Below, one piece after another: positions 49,434-59,807 of a stretch of DNA of 64,000 bases. The DNA comes from Methanobacteriota archaeon (GTDB lineage Archaea > Halobacteriota > Bog-38 > Methanoflorentales > Methanoflorentaceae). Below the pieces are notes generated by a model. It saw only the letters and a list, made by a program, of their open reading frames with translations. It was not told the origin of the DNA and searched no databases. The DNA lies in NCBI GenBank assembly GCA_963701995.1, contig OY969693.1, positions 1,793,512 through 1,857,511 on the forward strand, written 5' to 3'. Within the stretch, counting starts at the first letter, position 1; every line of letters starts with the position of its first letter. The translations under genes were made by a program, and so were the position numbers.

Positions 49434-50864
49434 TTAATCCTGTTGTCTAGATGTGATCGCTTGTCCAAGATATTTCTTTAGGAGCTTGAATGCTTCAAAT
49501 TCGCGCCTTCCACCGCACTTAGTAACGATGCTCTCGCAGTGAGTCATTCGCTCGAGGTAGGCTGGGTCTTCAAGAGTCTGATAACGTGTTGCGTGAATTG
49601 TTGCTTCAAGCACAGCGCAAAAAGCCCTGTTCACAGGTATGATTGGTCGCTGCAGGACAACAGATCTCACAGGCTGGAGCTCAACTACGGCGCTTTTTTG
49701 AGTCGGTTTTTCCAGAATCACGCACGTAAATTCCACCCATGCGTACGCTGCCTTTAGGACAGGCGCCGTCTCATCGGGGGAAAAAAAGTCAGGTCCGAGG
49801 TCCTCAAAGGCGGTTTTCACGTAAATCAGCGGATCCGCAACAAAGTTAGCAACCAACTGACGGTTTTTTTTAACGTTCAAAAAAGTGTGGCTGTCTTTGT
49901 AAACGGAAATGTAAAGGGAGCCGCGATTTATGACGCCCATGGGAGCGGCGTTGGGCTGGCTATTACGCGTCGTTGCTATAACTTCTGAGATGCCTTCGTG
50001 AAATTGCACTTCCATCAGTACCCGGAAACCTCCTAAGAGCACGACAAATAATGATCCAATCACGAGATCTGCTGTCGTCCCGGGGTTGATGTGCCGCGCG
50101 AGGAGCTCTTTGTCGAACTCATCGGCGGCGTCCTGTTTCAGCACTTGGGCCGCCTTTGCCGAAACCTCAAGGGCGACATCAGTGCTGAATTTTTTCGCTA
50201 TGAGTGTATCGGGGAACTCGCTGAGGAGTTGAAGAAACAACTGCACAATTGAATTCTTGACACTGAACCCCGATTCAATGTAGTGTGTCATCAATTCGGC
50301 GCCGTAAAAAGTGCGAGGAAATCCTTCAGCCCACTCCTTTGCTATAGTGTCGTTTGGGCTCGATATTTGCATAACGTCCCACAGGGTCAGATTTTGTTGC
50401 TGAATCGCTTGCAATGAGGACGCGTCATTCACGTCAAGATAGTGATGCTCTCCGACGCGGACGTGGACGCTCCGAAAAGACTCATAGAACTGGATCGCAT
50501 CAGCGCTCGAAGTCTGCTTGACGACGCGGACGAGGTTAGTCTTGAGTTGAGATATCGTGCTGCTTTTCCGTGCTGCGGCACATAAGGGGATCAGCAGCAG
50601 GATCGCGCCAAAGTGACAATTCCCCGCACTCTGCCAGGTGGTACTTGCTTGAACCGCATCGAGAATCAGACCGCCTATCCGATGCCGGGCTGACGCTGCT
50701 TTTTTAAACACAGGAAAAGTGCCGACTGCGGATGCAAGAAAATGTTCGTAAGTTACATCTTCAAAGTCATGCGTTCGGTCTACATTGCCCGGCTTTGGTG
50801 TCGCGGACACCTCGAGCAACATTGCTAGCTCGGCACAACCGGCTATGAAGTCTGGCTCGTACAT
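49434..50864 (-). CDS. CitG-family (triphosphoribosyl-dephospho-CoA synthase-like) protein fused in frame to DUF447
   Basis: LEVSATPKPGNVDR, PDTLIAKK, INPGTTADL; then EGISEVIATT..PNAAPMG...NRA..AVLEATIHATR. Confidence 0.85.
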   Translation of the reverse strand: MYEPDFIAGCAELAMLLEVSATPKPGNVDRTHDFEDVTYEHFLASAVGTFPVFKKAASARHRIGGLILDAVQASTTWQSAGNCHFGAILLLIPLCAAARKSSTISQLKTNLVRVVKQTSSADAIQFYESFRSVHVRVGEHHYLDVNDASSLQAIQQQNLTLWDVMQISSPNDTIAKEWAEGFPRTFYGAELMTHYIESGFSVKNSIVQLFLQLLSEFPDTLIAKKFSTDVALEVSAKAAQVLKQDAADEFDKELLARHINPGTTADLVIGSLFVVLLGGFRVLMEVQFHEGISEVIATTRNSQPNAAPMGVINRGSLYISVYKDSHTFLNVKKNRQLVANFVADPLIYVKTAFEDLGPDFFSPDETAPVLKAAYAWVEFTCVILEKPTQKSAVVELQPVRSVVLQRPIIPVNRAFCAVLEATIHATRYQTLEDPAYLERMTHCESIVTKCGGRREFEAFKLLKKYLGQAITSRQQD

Positions 50865-50874
50865 GTTGAAAAGC

Positions 50875-51981
50875 TTAGTCGACGTCTCGGCAGCTGAGAA
50901 ATCTCTCTGCAAGTTGCTTTTTGAGTTGCATGTACTCAACGTCGGAAAAACCTAGGTCGTACAGAGTGCTATCTCTCCACGGGCACGGCCTTGTAATTTT
51001 GCAGCACCACACCATGCTGCCGAAGCACGTGCCTGGTCCCGCCCCTAGCTTTGTGTTGTTGAAGCTCTCCTTGATTTGGACGTACTCTTCCTTGGAGATC
51101 CCCGCTCTTTTCAGAACATAGCGCAGTGGACACTCTTTTACGGGCATGCAACAGTACGCTAACCCCCGCAAGTCCCCTCCAGCGCAAATGTGTTTTGGGG
51201 CATTGTACCAGCCAACCGCTTCTTGATATGACTGAACTTCAGCCAGGATTTCTTCAACAGCGGTGTTATCGGCCACAGCAGCACGGGCGACTGAGACGTA
51301 ATCCGCCCCCATCGAGAACATCTTGTGGGCGCTGCCATAGTCCACGATCGAATTGTTTGCGATTATTTTGAGCGCCGTGGCATCCCGAATTTTCTTGACC
51401 AACGCGGGTCCGGAATCCATCGTGTCGACATGAATCGCGTCGGCGCCGGCCTTATCTATAACCTTTGCGAGCTCTATATCTGCTACAACGCCTGCGCGTA
51501 CCTTCACCGACAGAGGCACGTCTGTTTGTTTGATCTCCCGTATCCATTCGCTGAGCTTGTTGAGATCGCGCGTGAGACATTGGCCGGCGCCAACAGCTTC
51601 CATTTCAGGCTGCCTGCAGTGGGCGTTTAGTTCGAGAATTGCCCCTTTTTGATGAATCAACTCGGCGATCGCGATCAGGGGCTCCAGCGTAGTTGACCGA
51701 GCATTGATTCCGGCTTTCATGTTGATCGTGCTCATGACTCCGAGCTCGTTTTCGATAACAGGGGTCGGTTCGTCGTAAGCAAATTCGCTTCGCCCCTTTT
51801 TGACAAGCTCTTTTGCCGCTTCGGTGGTTGGCGCGTCAAGGTTGTATCCACCGAGAATTGCTAGTCCCACGCTCCGCGAGATAGCAAACGAGCTGTTAGT
51901 TAGTCCAGCCATAGAAGCGAGAACTAAAGGATTCGGGATTTGGACATCGCCGATCGCCAGTTGAAAGGCTACTTGAGACAC
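50875..51981 (-). CDS. methanogenesis marker 9 protein (Dus-like TIM barrel plus Cys-rich domain)
   Basis: LASMAG, ELNAHCRQPEM, IIANNSI; W.NAPKHICAGGDLRGLAYCC, TCFGSMVWCCK. Confidence 0.85.
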   Translation of the reverse strand: MSQVAFQLAIGDVQIPNPLVLASMAGLTNSSFAISRSVGLAILGGYNLDAPTTEAAKELVKKGRSEFAYDEPTPVIENELGVMSTINMKAGINARSTTLEPLIAIAELIHQKGAILELNAHCRQPEMEAVGAGQCLTRDLNKLSEWIREIKQTDVPLSVKVRAGVVADIELAKVIDKAGADAIHVDTMDSGPALVKKIRDATALKIIANNSIVDYGSAHKMFSMGADYVSVARAAVADNTAVEEILAEVQSYQEAVGWYNAPKHICAGGDLRGLAYCCMPVKECPLRYVLKRAGISKEEYVQIKESFNNTKLGAGPGTCFGSMVWCCKITRPCPWRDSTLYDLGFSDVEYMQLKKQLAERFLSCRDVD

Positions 51982-52116
51982 GATGAAACCTCTATGCGTA
52001 TCAAGACTCACTCGCTGCCCTGAAATGGGCAAGTAGTAATACGGACGTTCAATATTGTATTTTGCTGCTATTTAATTTTACTTTGCAGACGCCGACTCCG
52101 CTCTTAACAGATGACC

Positions 52117-53025
52117 TTAACTTTGGGGTGCAAGTATTCGCACGATCTCTGTCGCCAGCTTTTTGCTTTGCTCCATGCCATACATAATCGTATCCGCGCG
52201 GAGCAGTTCAATATCGCCCGGCAAGTCGCTTTGAGAAATGTCGTCGCGATGGTCAACGATCAAGACGTCCAAGAAGTCGCTATAGAACTCCGCAACCCCT
52301 AAAGAGCTGACCGGAAGTCCATGCGATTCCATGAACTTTCGCGCAGGTCCGCTTATCGGCTCGCCGCGTACTATTGGACTAACGGCAATGACAAATCGGT
52401 CTTTAAGGATTTGTCGCATTCCGTTTACGTTAAGAATAGGCCCTATGCTTGATATCGGATTTGAAGGCCCAATCACAACAGAACGATGTTCTCCTAGCGC
52501 TGTTTCTACTTCTTTGGTCATTTTGCCGGCCCGGGACCTCACCTGCGAAACGCTCGGGGCTTGCTGATATTTTACCAGAAAATCTTGGATATGCATCTCG
52601 CCGTTGTCGGTTAGGATCGTGGTAGGCACGAAGTCGTCCGTCATCGGGAGGACCCTAGCAGATAATTCGAACGAAGCGCATATCGCAAGGGTTGCATCAG
52701 TTAGGGTTGCCCCTCGTCGCAGAAGGTCGCTGCGGAAAATATGAATAGCTCTATCAAGCTCGCCTATGATGAGCGCTTCTTTGTGTCCTAAGCTGGCTAG
52801 TCTTTCGTTGGTACAGAACGTATCCCCGTCGATGCCCCACCACCGTTCGCTCACAATTCCCGCTGCGGTGTAGATAACTGTGTCAAGGTCCGGACAAACA
52901 AGATTGCCCGAGATCCAGATGTCATCTCCAGTATTAGCTATGACGGTCACTTGAGCGCCAGGACAATAGAAAAGCAGCCCGCGAAGCAGCTTAGGGCTAC
53001 CTGTTCCGCCCGATAAGAGTAGCAA
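52117..53025 (-). CDS. cofD: 2-phospho-L-lactate transferase (F420 biosynthesis)
   Basis: LSGGTG.PK, NTGDD, CPDLDTV.Y, IGPSNPISSIGPIL, VSPI...ISGPA. Confidence 0.93.
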   Translation of the reverse strand: MLLLSGGTGSPKLLRGLLFYCPGAQVTVIANTGDDIWISGNLVCPDLDTVIYTAAGIVSERWWGIDGDTFCTNERLASLGHKEALIIGELDRAIHIFRSDLLRRGATLTDATLAICASFELSARVLPMTDDFVPTTILTDNGEMHIQDFLVKYQQAPSVSQVRSRAGKMTKEVETALGEHRSVVIGPSNPISSIGPILNVNGMRQILKDRFVIAVSPIVRGEPISGPARKFMESHGLPVSSLGVAEFYSDFLDVLIVDHRDDISQSDLPGDIELLRADTIMYGMEQSKKLATEIVRILAPQS

Positions 53026-53329
53026 TGTTCTTCCCTGACGTTCCAGTGAGCTTTTCTAGAATAAATGGGTATGTCATGCGCATCTAGAATTGTGTTTGTT
53101 TGGGGACTCGAGAGGTGAGCAAGGCATGGATGACCCGTGTTGTGCTGCGGCCTGATCGGCCGCGAAACTCTTTCGATGCTAGACGTGGGCGTTAATAGCA
53201 GTCTCAACAGTTGCGCCGCGCAGGCGACAAACCCAAAAGCCTTAAGAATGAGAGCACGGTAGAATTAGAGGTGGTGTGGCCGTAGCCAGCTGACGGTCGC
53301 CTCGTTTAAGCCTTTGATTTGCCAGAAAC

Positions 53330-53701
53330 TTGAGCGGGAGTAGATATTTGTCTCGTGGTCACTTTGTTTTGACGAGGAACGCGGGCTCAGCAGATTTGAG
53401 GGTCGACGCAACTCGCGTGGGAAAAGACTTACTCGTCACGTTGGTGGGGGGAAAAGCGCACGTGGGCGCCGTTGCGCTAGGCGGATTTCACAGGAGGTCG
53501 TATGCTTCGGTGTTAGCTGTGCCCAATCATCGCGATGATATCATCGCTAAAGAAGCTGCTTTGCGAATTTCGAAGGAATTGCGGCAGAGCTGCGTCGTGG
53601 TTGTCGGGATTCACGTCCACGACGCATCTGAAGAGCAAGTCGCAGAGATTGTTGATGCATCATTTTCGCTTGTTAATGAACTTATCGAGGCTCTCAAATG
53701 A
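53330..53701 (+). CDS. LpdD-like prenylated-FMN chaperone
   Basis: GKDLLVTLVGG..HVGAV, HRD, GIHV pattern; overlaps the ubiX start. Confidence 0.7.
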   Translation: MSGSRYLSRGHFVLTRNAGSADLRVDATRVGKDLLVTLVGGKAHVGAVALGGFHRRSYASVLAVPNHRDDIIAKEAALRISKELRQSCVVVVGIHVHDASEEQVAEIVDASFSLVNELIEALK

Positions 53702-54252
53702 CGATAATAGTTGCCATTACCGGCGCGAGCGGAGTGCAGTACGGCGTTCGGTTGCTGGAGGTTCTGAATCAACTCGGCGTTGACACGCAGCTCGTTGTGA
53801 CCAAAAGTGGCCAGCAGCTTATAGGCATTGAGACTGACTACAGCTTGAACTACGTCACGTCGCTAGTCAACCGCACGTACGACGAAATGGACCTCACCGC
53901 GCCCATTGCAAGTGGTTCCCACATTAGCAACGGCATGGTGATAATTCCGTGCAGCGTGAAGACGCTTGGAAGCATCGCACACGGCGTTTCTTCCAACCTT
54001 GTAGCGCGCGCGGCAGATGTATGTTTGAAGGAACATAGGAGGCTCATATTGGTTGTGCGCGAAACGCCGTTGAGCGGGATTCATTTGGGCAACATGCTGA
54101 AATTGTCGCAATGTGGAGCTGTCATAGTCCCCGCCAGTCCGGGGTTTTACACACGTCCGACTACGATCGAAGAGCTCATTGACGCTTTGGTTGCCCGGGT
54201 GCTCGACCTGTTGCAGGTTGACCATTCGGTGTCGCGACGCTGGGGTGACTAA
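53698..54252 (+). CDS. ubiX: flavin prenyltransferase UbiX
   Basis: AITGASG, APIASGS, PCSVKTL, RAADVCLKE.R, RETP, PGFY. Confidence 0.95.
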   Translation: MTIIVAITGASGVQYGVRLLEVLNQLGVDTQLVVTKSGQQLIGIETDYSLNYVTSLVNRTYDEMDLTAPIASGSHISNGMVIIPCSVKTLGSIAHGVSSNLVARAADVCLKEHRRLILVVRETPLSGIHLGNMLKLSQCGAVIVPASPGFYTRPTTIEELIDALVARVLDLLQVDHSVSRRWGD

Positions 54253-55491
54253 ATGAGACGCTTCATTCAGCATCTAAAGGACTCGGGACAACTGGAAGTC
54301 ATAACTAAGCCCGTTTCGCCGATATTGGAAGCGCCGCGCCTAGCCCGAGGACGAGGACCGGTACTGTTCGAACGTGTTGGCGGCTCTCAAGCCATCGTAA
54401 ACCTCCTGGCTTCGCGCGCGCTACTCGCCCAAGCGCTCAATGTCGACGAACGAGGGCTCATGCATAAGCTTTTGAGCACGGCGGCAACGGGAAAAACGGT
54501 AATGCAAGACCTTGCGTGGGACTTAGAACGCACTCCGGACCTGAGCAAGTTACCTGTAATGAAGTTTTTCGAGCGAGATGGCGGACCGTACATCACCGCA
54601 GGCGTCGTAGTGGCAAAATATGGTAACAGAGTAAACGCGTCAGTTCATCGCATGATGGTCGTCGACAAAACTTCGTTAGCTGTGAGGCTCGTGCCGCCGC
54701 GCCACACGTATCTGATGCATAAAGCATCTGCAAAAAAAGACGAGCCTCTGAACATCGCCGTCGCCATAGGCGTTGATCCTGTCACGCTATTTGCAACCAC
54801 AACGAGACTCCCGTGTGGTCTCGAATTCAACTATGCGGCCGCCCTGAAGGGAAAGGCTCAGACTCTTATTGAATGTGAGAATGGAATCCCTGTGCCGCCA
54901 AGCGAAATAGTCTTGGAGGGACAAATAAGCCCAACGAGAACTACAAATGAAGGTCCTTTTGTGGATCTTACGGGGACTTATGACGTCGTTCGACCTGAAC
55001 CCGTTATCGAAGTAACGAGAATGGTGTCGGCTAGAGACCCCATCTATCACTCCATATTGCCAGCGGGCGTCGAACACTCGCTTTTGATGGGCATTCCGTA
55101 TGAACCGCAGATCTACAACGCGTGCAAAAACGTAACAAAAGTGAAGAATGTAGTATTAACTGCAGGAGGACGACACTATCTGCACGCTGTTATACAGATA
55201 GAGAAACAGACCGAGGGGGACGCAAAAAATGTGATCATGGCAGCGTTTGCGGCTCACACGAGTTTGAAACACGTTGTGGTGGTCGATGAGGACATTGATA
55301 TCTATGACGTTGATGATATAGAATTTGCAGTTGCCACCCGCGTCAAAGGCGATTTAGATGTTATGGTCATCCCAAACGTTCGCGGATCGTCCCTCGACCC
55401 GCGCACTGCAAGCGACGGCACGACAACGAAGGTCGGCGTCGATGCCACCGCACCGCTGGTCGATCACTGGAAGTTTGAGAGGGTCCGTTAA
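54253..55491 (+). CDS. UbiD-family prFMN decarboxylase (probably anhydromevalonate phosphate decarboxylase)
   Basis: DGGPYIT, NASVHR, EGPFVDLTGTYD, VVVVDEDID, GSSLDP; substrate inferred from the archaeal modified mevalonate pathway. Confidence 0.85.
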   Translation: MRRFIQHLKDSGQLEVITKPVSPILEAPRLARGRGPVLFERVGGSQAIVNLLASRALLAQALNVDERGLMHKLLSTAATGKTVMQDLAWDLERTPDLSKLPVMKFFERDGGPYITAGVVVAKYGNRVNASVHRMMVVDKTSLAVRLVPPRHTYLMHKASAKKDEPLNIAVAIGVDPVTLFATTTRLPCGLEFNYAAALKGKAQTLIECENGIPVPPSEIVLEGQISPTRTTNEGPFVDLTGTYDVVRPEPVIEVTRMVSARDPIYHSILPAGVEHSLLMGIPYEPQIYNACKNVTKVKNVVLTAGGRHYLHAVIQIEKQTEGDAKNVIMAAFAAHTSLKHVVVVDEDIDIYDVDDIEFAVATRVKGDLDVMVIPNVRGSSLDPRTASDGTTTKVGVDATAPLVDHWKFERVR

Positions 55492-55601
55492 CACGCGTTT
55501 GTTCGGTTTGCGCTCGGTGTTTCTGGACGCAGCGCACGAAAGCACGAGCCAATCGCGCAGCGTATGAAAAACCTTATGATTTACAAAACTTAGTCCTAGG
55601 T

Positions 55602-56777
55602 GTGCGAACGAGGCTCGCTCTTGAAGGCCAAACTTCTGTTTTAGTGCCGCGGTTGGATCCAAACGCGTCGTACCCTCCATCATCGGCACCGGTCTTCTAC
55701 AACCCACGAATGGAGTTAAGCCGAGACATAAGCGTTGCTTGCATACAGGCTTTTAACGATAAGCAACGCGACAACAGCGGGCTCACGTATCTAGATGCGC
55801 TCGCGGGGTGTGGCATACGAGGTCTCAGAGTTGCGAACGAGGCGCAGGTCGAGGTCACGGTCAACGATTATAACGTCGCAGCTTATGAGCTGATCAAGAG
55901 AAACGCGAAAAGATTCCAGCAGAACGTCCACGTGGAGCACCGTGATGCGAACGCTTTGATGTCAGAAGCTAGGTTCAACGTGATAGACGTAGATCCGTTC
56001 GGATCTCCAGCCCCTTTTGTTGACGCAGCGTGCAGGTCAGCTAGCAAGATGCTTTGTGTGACCGCGACGGACACGGCCCCTCTAAGTGGCGCCCATTTTA
56101 GTGCCGGCGTGAGGAGGTATTCCGCACTGCCGATGAACACAGAGTATCACGCTGAGACAGGGATAAGGATACTCATTGGTACAATCATTCGAGAGCTTGT
56201 CAAATATGATAAATCTGCCACTCCAGTCCTCGCACACGCAACCGAGCACTACTATCGGGCTTATTTGCTTCTCGATCGCGGCGCTGAGCTCGCCAATGCG
56301 TGTGTTAGGTCGATGGGATTCATAGCCCACTGTTTTACTTGCGGACATCGCTATGTGCTCCCGGGGCTGTTTCCTATGCTGCGCCCCGACTGTGCGTTTT
56401 GCGGTGCAAAACTTGCCGTGGCTGGACCTCTCTGGCTTGGGACTCTACGCGATCAAAAATTCTGCCAGCAAGTTCTTGAAAACATTGAGAACGGTGTTTT
56501 TGGCACCAAGAGGCGGGCCGCGAAAATCATAACACTGTGCCTAAATGAGCTTGACACGGTAACGTTTTTTGATTACCACAAGCTCCTGAGAGAACTCAAG
56601 TGTCCACCGGTTCCTATTGAAACGCTCGTAAGCGGACTGCGCACCGTCGGCTGTCGCGCATCGAGAACTCACTTTTCAGGCACGTCGATTAAGACGGACG
56701 CTGACGCAGACACGTTGAAGCGAGTGCTGCTCGATTTGAGCTGCGAGAGCAAGAAGGCTCGACTTAATCACGGTTGA
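55602..56777 (+). CDS. trm1: tRNA (guanine26-N2)-dimethyltransferase
   Basis: VFYNPRM..SRD, GIRGLR, DVDPFGSP, VTATD, GPLWLG, RTHF. Confidence 0.93.
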   Translation: MRTRLALEGQTSVLVPRLDPNASYPPSSAPVFYNPRMELSRDISVACIQAFNDKQRDNSGLTYLDALAGCGIRGLRVANEAQVEVTVNDYNVAAYELIKRNAKRFQQNVHVEHRDANALMSEARFNVIDVDPFGSPAPFVDAACRSASKMLCVTATDTAPLSGAHFSAGVRRYSALPMNTEYHAETGIRILIGTIIRELVKYDKSATPVLAHATEHYYRAYLLLDRGAELANACVRSMGFIAHCFTCGHRYVLPGLFPMLRPDCAFCGAKLAVAGPLWLGTLRDQKFCQQVLENIENGVFGTKRRAAKIITLCLNELDTVTFFDYHKLLRELKCPPVPIETLVSGLRTVGCRASRTHFSGTSIKTDADADTLKRVLLDLSCESKKARLNHG

Positions 56778-56872
56778 GCATCGAATCGTAACGGTCTATT
56801 TGAAGATAGCCGCGACAATGCACGGGAGAACTGAAGAGAGCCTTGTTGAGCCTCTGACCGCTTTGCTAGCAG

Positions 56873-57484
56873 TCACATTCCCAAAGTCTTGCGAATGACT
56901 TGAGTAAAGACGAGTGAGCAAACTAGGTACCAAATAAGCCAAACCGGAAAACCGAAGATGACACCTTGAGTGTACGGCAGTGTTCCAAAATAGGGTAAAC
57001 TGATCGTAGTTGACACGTTGGTCGGCCAAGAGCCTGCTTGCGACATTGTGTAACTTAGCCAGCCAAACAGCGGTAGCGAGATGATCAGTATGTATGGCAT
57101 AGGTCTCATGGTCTGTGCTTGAACGTCCATGCTAAGCTCCATCACTTCGGCACGTTCTTTCTCGAGCTTCTTCAGTTTGCCTTTGTCTCCGGCCAGTTGG
57201 GCCTCACGGTAGACCTTCTGAAATTCCTTCATCTTTGCTTGAGACTGTTTTAACTGCTTTTGATCGACGAAGCGGTTTAGCAGCAAAGACGAGTAAGAGC
57301 CGGTGATGACCGAAAGCAAAAGGATCGTGATGAAAAGGGGAACGTAGAGGGTGGTAACCAAGCCCCCAAGGACATAGTTCATGGCTTGACCAACCGGAAT
57401 TCGCAAAAAAGCATACGCTACTGTCATCACCAAATAAATGAGCAAGAGCCTCGTCATCACGCCAGTTGTGCTTTTTTGTGCCAT
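56873..57484 (-). CDS. DUF106 / EMC3-TMCO1 (Oxa1 superfamily) membrane protein
   Basis: TM, coiled coil, MRPM, then W..WY..CS. Confidence 0.85.
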   Translation of the reverse strand: MAQKSTTGVMTRLLLIYLVMTVAYAFLRIPVGQAMNYVLGGLVTTLYVPLFITILLLSVITGSYSSLLLNRFVDQKQLKQSQAKMKEFQKVYREAQLAGDKGKLKKLEKERAEVMELSMDVQAQTMRPMPYILIISLPLFGWLSYTMSQAGSWPTNVSTTISLPYFGTLPYTQGVIFGFPVWLIWYLVCSLVFTQVIRKTLGM

Positions 57485-57638
57485 TACTCGCAGACGTCAG
57501 TGCGTCGTTCGGAAAAGAATCTTTTGTTGGGTCCGTAGCTGCAATACAACGAGTAGTTTCCGATACGTGAATAAATAGTTTTACGTCAGCAACTTGTGCT
57601 CGAACCTCCACGTGAATTTAGCGCGGGTTACCTAAGCC

Positions 57639-58253
57639 TCAACGACTCAGCTTGGTCAAGCGGTTTTCTAAGGGGGCATAACGCTTAGCTACTATGTATG
57701 TTTCGGCGCTTTGCTTTCGTGATGCTCGCGGGTTGAACGCTTTGACAAATCTAAAATACGCGCTTACCTCGCGTGTGAACGTGTCAAAGAGGTCCCCTTG
57801 GAAAACTTTTACCACGAAATTGCCACCGGGTTTTAGCACGCATTTGGTGATTTCTAAGGCGCAGGCGGAAAGGTCGATTGATCGCGCGTGGTCCAGGCTC
57901 CACGCACCACTTAGATTCGGGGCAGCATCCGATAGGACCACATCTACAGCATCTACAATCTCTTGTATTTTATTCACAATTTCTGGGGAAGTTAGGTCGC
58001 CTCGAATAGGCGTCACCCCCTCCAGCGGAGCGATCCGCTGCCGATCAACGGCTATGGCAGACGCTTCTAAATGGCGGATCACTTGCAGCCATCCGCCAGG
58101 GGCAGCGCCCAAATCAACGACCACATCTCCTCGTCGTATGATGTGGTACCGTTCTTGAATTTCCAGCAGTTTGAAAGAAGCTCGCGATCGATATCCTTCC
58201 GACTTCGCCCGCCGGTAGTAATAGTCCTTTCGCCGTTTTTCGAGGCTTTTCAT
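57639..58253 (-). CDS. rlmE: 23S rRNA 2'-O-methyltransferase RlmE/FtsJ
   Basis: YRSRASFKL, DLGAAPGGW, SDAAP, KVFQG, SR..SAE. Confidence 0.93.
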   Translation of the reverse strand: MKSLEKRRKDYYYRRAKSEGYRSRASFKLLEIQERYHIIRRGDVVVDLGAAPGGWLQVIRHLEASAIAVDRQRIAPLEGVTPIRGDLTSPEIVNKIQEIVDAVDVVLSDAAPNLSGAWSLDHARSIDLSACALEITKCVLKPGGNFVVKVFQGDLFDTFTREVSAYFRFVKAFNPRASRKQSAETYIVAKRYAPLENRLTKLSR

Positions 58254-58393
58254 TCTAGTTGATAGGGCGCGCACAGAATAAAAAGCATTATGGGCAGCCA
58301 GACGGCTTTTATATACTGTTCTACTAATAGACAAGTGCAGCAACAAGAAAGATGAAGCACTTAAGAAACGTCGCACCCTGCACGGACCGATCT

Positions 58394-58900
58394 ATGTGGA
58401 TAGAGCTTGACGGGTGGCAGGCAAAGCTCCGATTTTCAGCGTGCCATTTCATACCAGATCACCCGAAATGCGGGCGCTTGCACGGGCATACGTATGCAAT
58501 GAGTGCGACGATCGTCGGCGCGCAGATTCACGATTTTGTAATGGACTTTGAAGACCTCAAAAAAGATGTTGCAGAGATCTGTGAAGCTCTCGATCATAAG
58601 ATCCTGCTCGCATCTCGAGATGCAGATGTCAAGATACAGACCACGCGCGCTGGAGATGTCGCCGTCACGGTTGGCAAATGTGGGAAACGATACTGCTTCC
58701 CGAGAGAGGATGTAGCTATGCTCCCCATCAATTCGGCGAGCGCTGAAGATCTTTGTTCCTTTCTCCTCGATGAGCTGTGTAACAAGCTTGACCTCAGCAC
58801 TATAACAGAAGTCAGCGTCCGTTTAGATGAGGGTTTGGGGCAAGGCGCAGGCAGCGTTCGGTACTTTCCCCCCAAGAGAAGCGACTCAGGGCTTAGTTGA
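58394..58900 (+). CDS. queD: 6-carboxytetrahydropterin synthase (QueD/PTPS family)
   Basis: FSACH, CGRLHGHTY, DF..LK, LDH, SAE. Confidence 0.8.
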   Translation: MWIELDGWQAKLRFSACHFIPDHPKCGRLHGHTYAMSATIVGAQIHDFVMDFEDLKKDVAEICEALDHKILLASRDADVKIQTTRAGDVAVTVGKCGKRYCFPREDVAMLPINSASAEDLCSFLLDELCNKLDLSTITEVSVRLDEGLGQGAGSVRYFPPKRSDSGLS

Positions 58901-59023
58901 ACTCCGCTTTCCGTTTTTTGCTCTGCCGAGGGCAGATCGTTTTGCGACCCAATTCTGAACAGCAAAGATATAAACTTATGAGCAGACATATACGGTGTTT
59001 AGACGGTTACAAGGGAGCGGATC

Positions 59024-59770
59024 ATGTTTAAAGCTGATATTCTCGGAGAGACTCTGAAGGACGGCATTGAAGCATTGACTATCATCGTTGATGAAGCGCG
59101 GGTACATTTAAGCAAAGACGGCTTGTACGCGAGAAATGCGGATCCATCGTATGTGGCGATGGTGCAGTTTGAATTGTCGGCTAAAGCTTTTGAGAATTAT
59201 GAAACTGACGACGAGGTTGTCACACTGGATCTCAAGAAAATGCAGGGCATTCTTGAGCTGGCTAATCGTACAGATGTCATCCGAATCGCCGTTGACGAGA
59301 ACCGAATGGCCCTGTCATTCGGAGATCTTAAGTATACTATCGCACTCTTAAGTCCCTACTCGATAAAGAAGGAGCCCAAAGTGCCAAAGATTGAATCTGC
59401 CGCACACGTCGTTATCACGGGAAAAGAGTTTCGGTGGGCGGTGAAAGCAGCAGGCAAAGTCAGCGACAATATCGCCCTTGGATGCACTGACACTGACTTT
59501 TTTATGGAGGCTCTTGGTGACGCTGATACTATGCGTCTTGAGCTGTCAAAAGATCAGCTTATCGACGTATCGCGCACAGATGGCAAAGCAGATGAGGTAA
59601 GATCACTTTTTAGTCTTGAATTCTTGCTTGAAATGTCCAAAGCAGTCGGAAAGGCTTCTGAAGTCTCCCTCGACATGGGCAAGAACATACCACTCAAGGT
59701 TGGATTTGATTTTGCCGACGGCAACGGTTCTGTCTCGTATCTCTTGGCGCCGCGCATCGAACAAGAATGA
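59024..59770 (+). CDS. pcn: DNA polymerase sliding clamp PCNA
   Basis: MFKA...VDEA...ADPSYVAMV...YLLAPRIE. Confidence 0.95.
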   Translation: MFKADILGETLKDGIEALTIIVDEARVHLSKDGLYARNADPSYVAMVQFELSAKAFENYETDDEVVTLDLKKMQGILELANRTDVIRIAVDENRMALSFGDLKYTIALLSPYSIKKEPKVPKIESAAHVVITGKEFRWAVKAAGKVSDNIALGCTDTDFFMEALGDADTMRLELSKDQLIDVSRTDGKADEVRSLFSLEFLLEMSKAVGKASEVSLDMGKNIPLKVGFDFADGNGSVSYLLAPRIEQE

Positions 59771-59807
59771 AACTCAAACGCGGTCGCACAGGGCCGACGC
59801 TAGAAGC

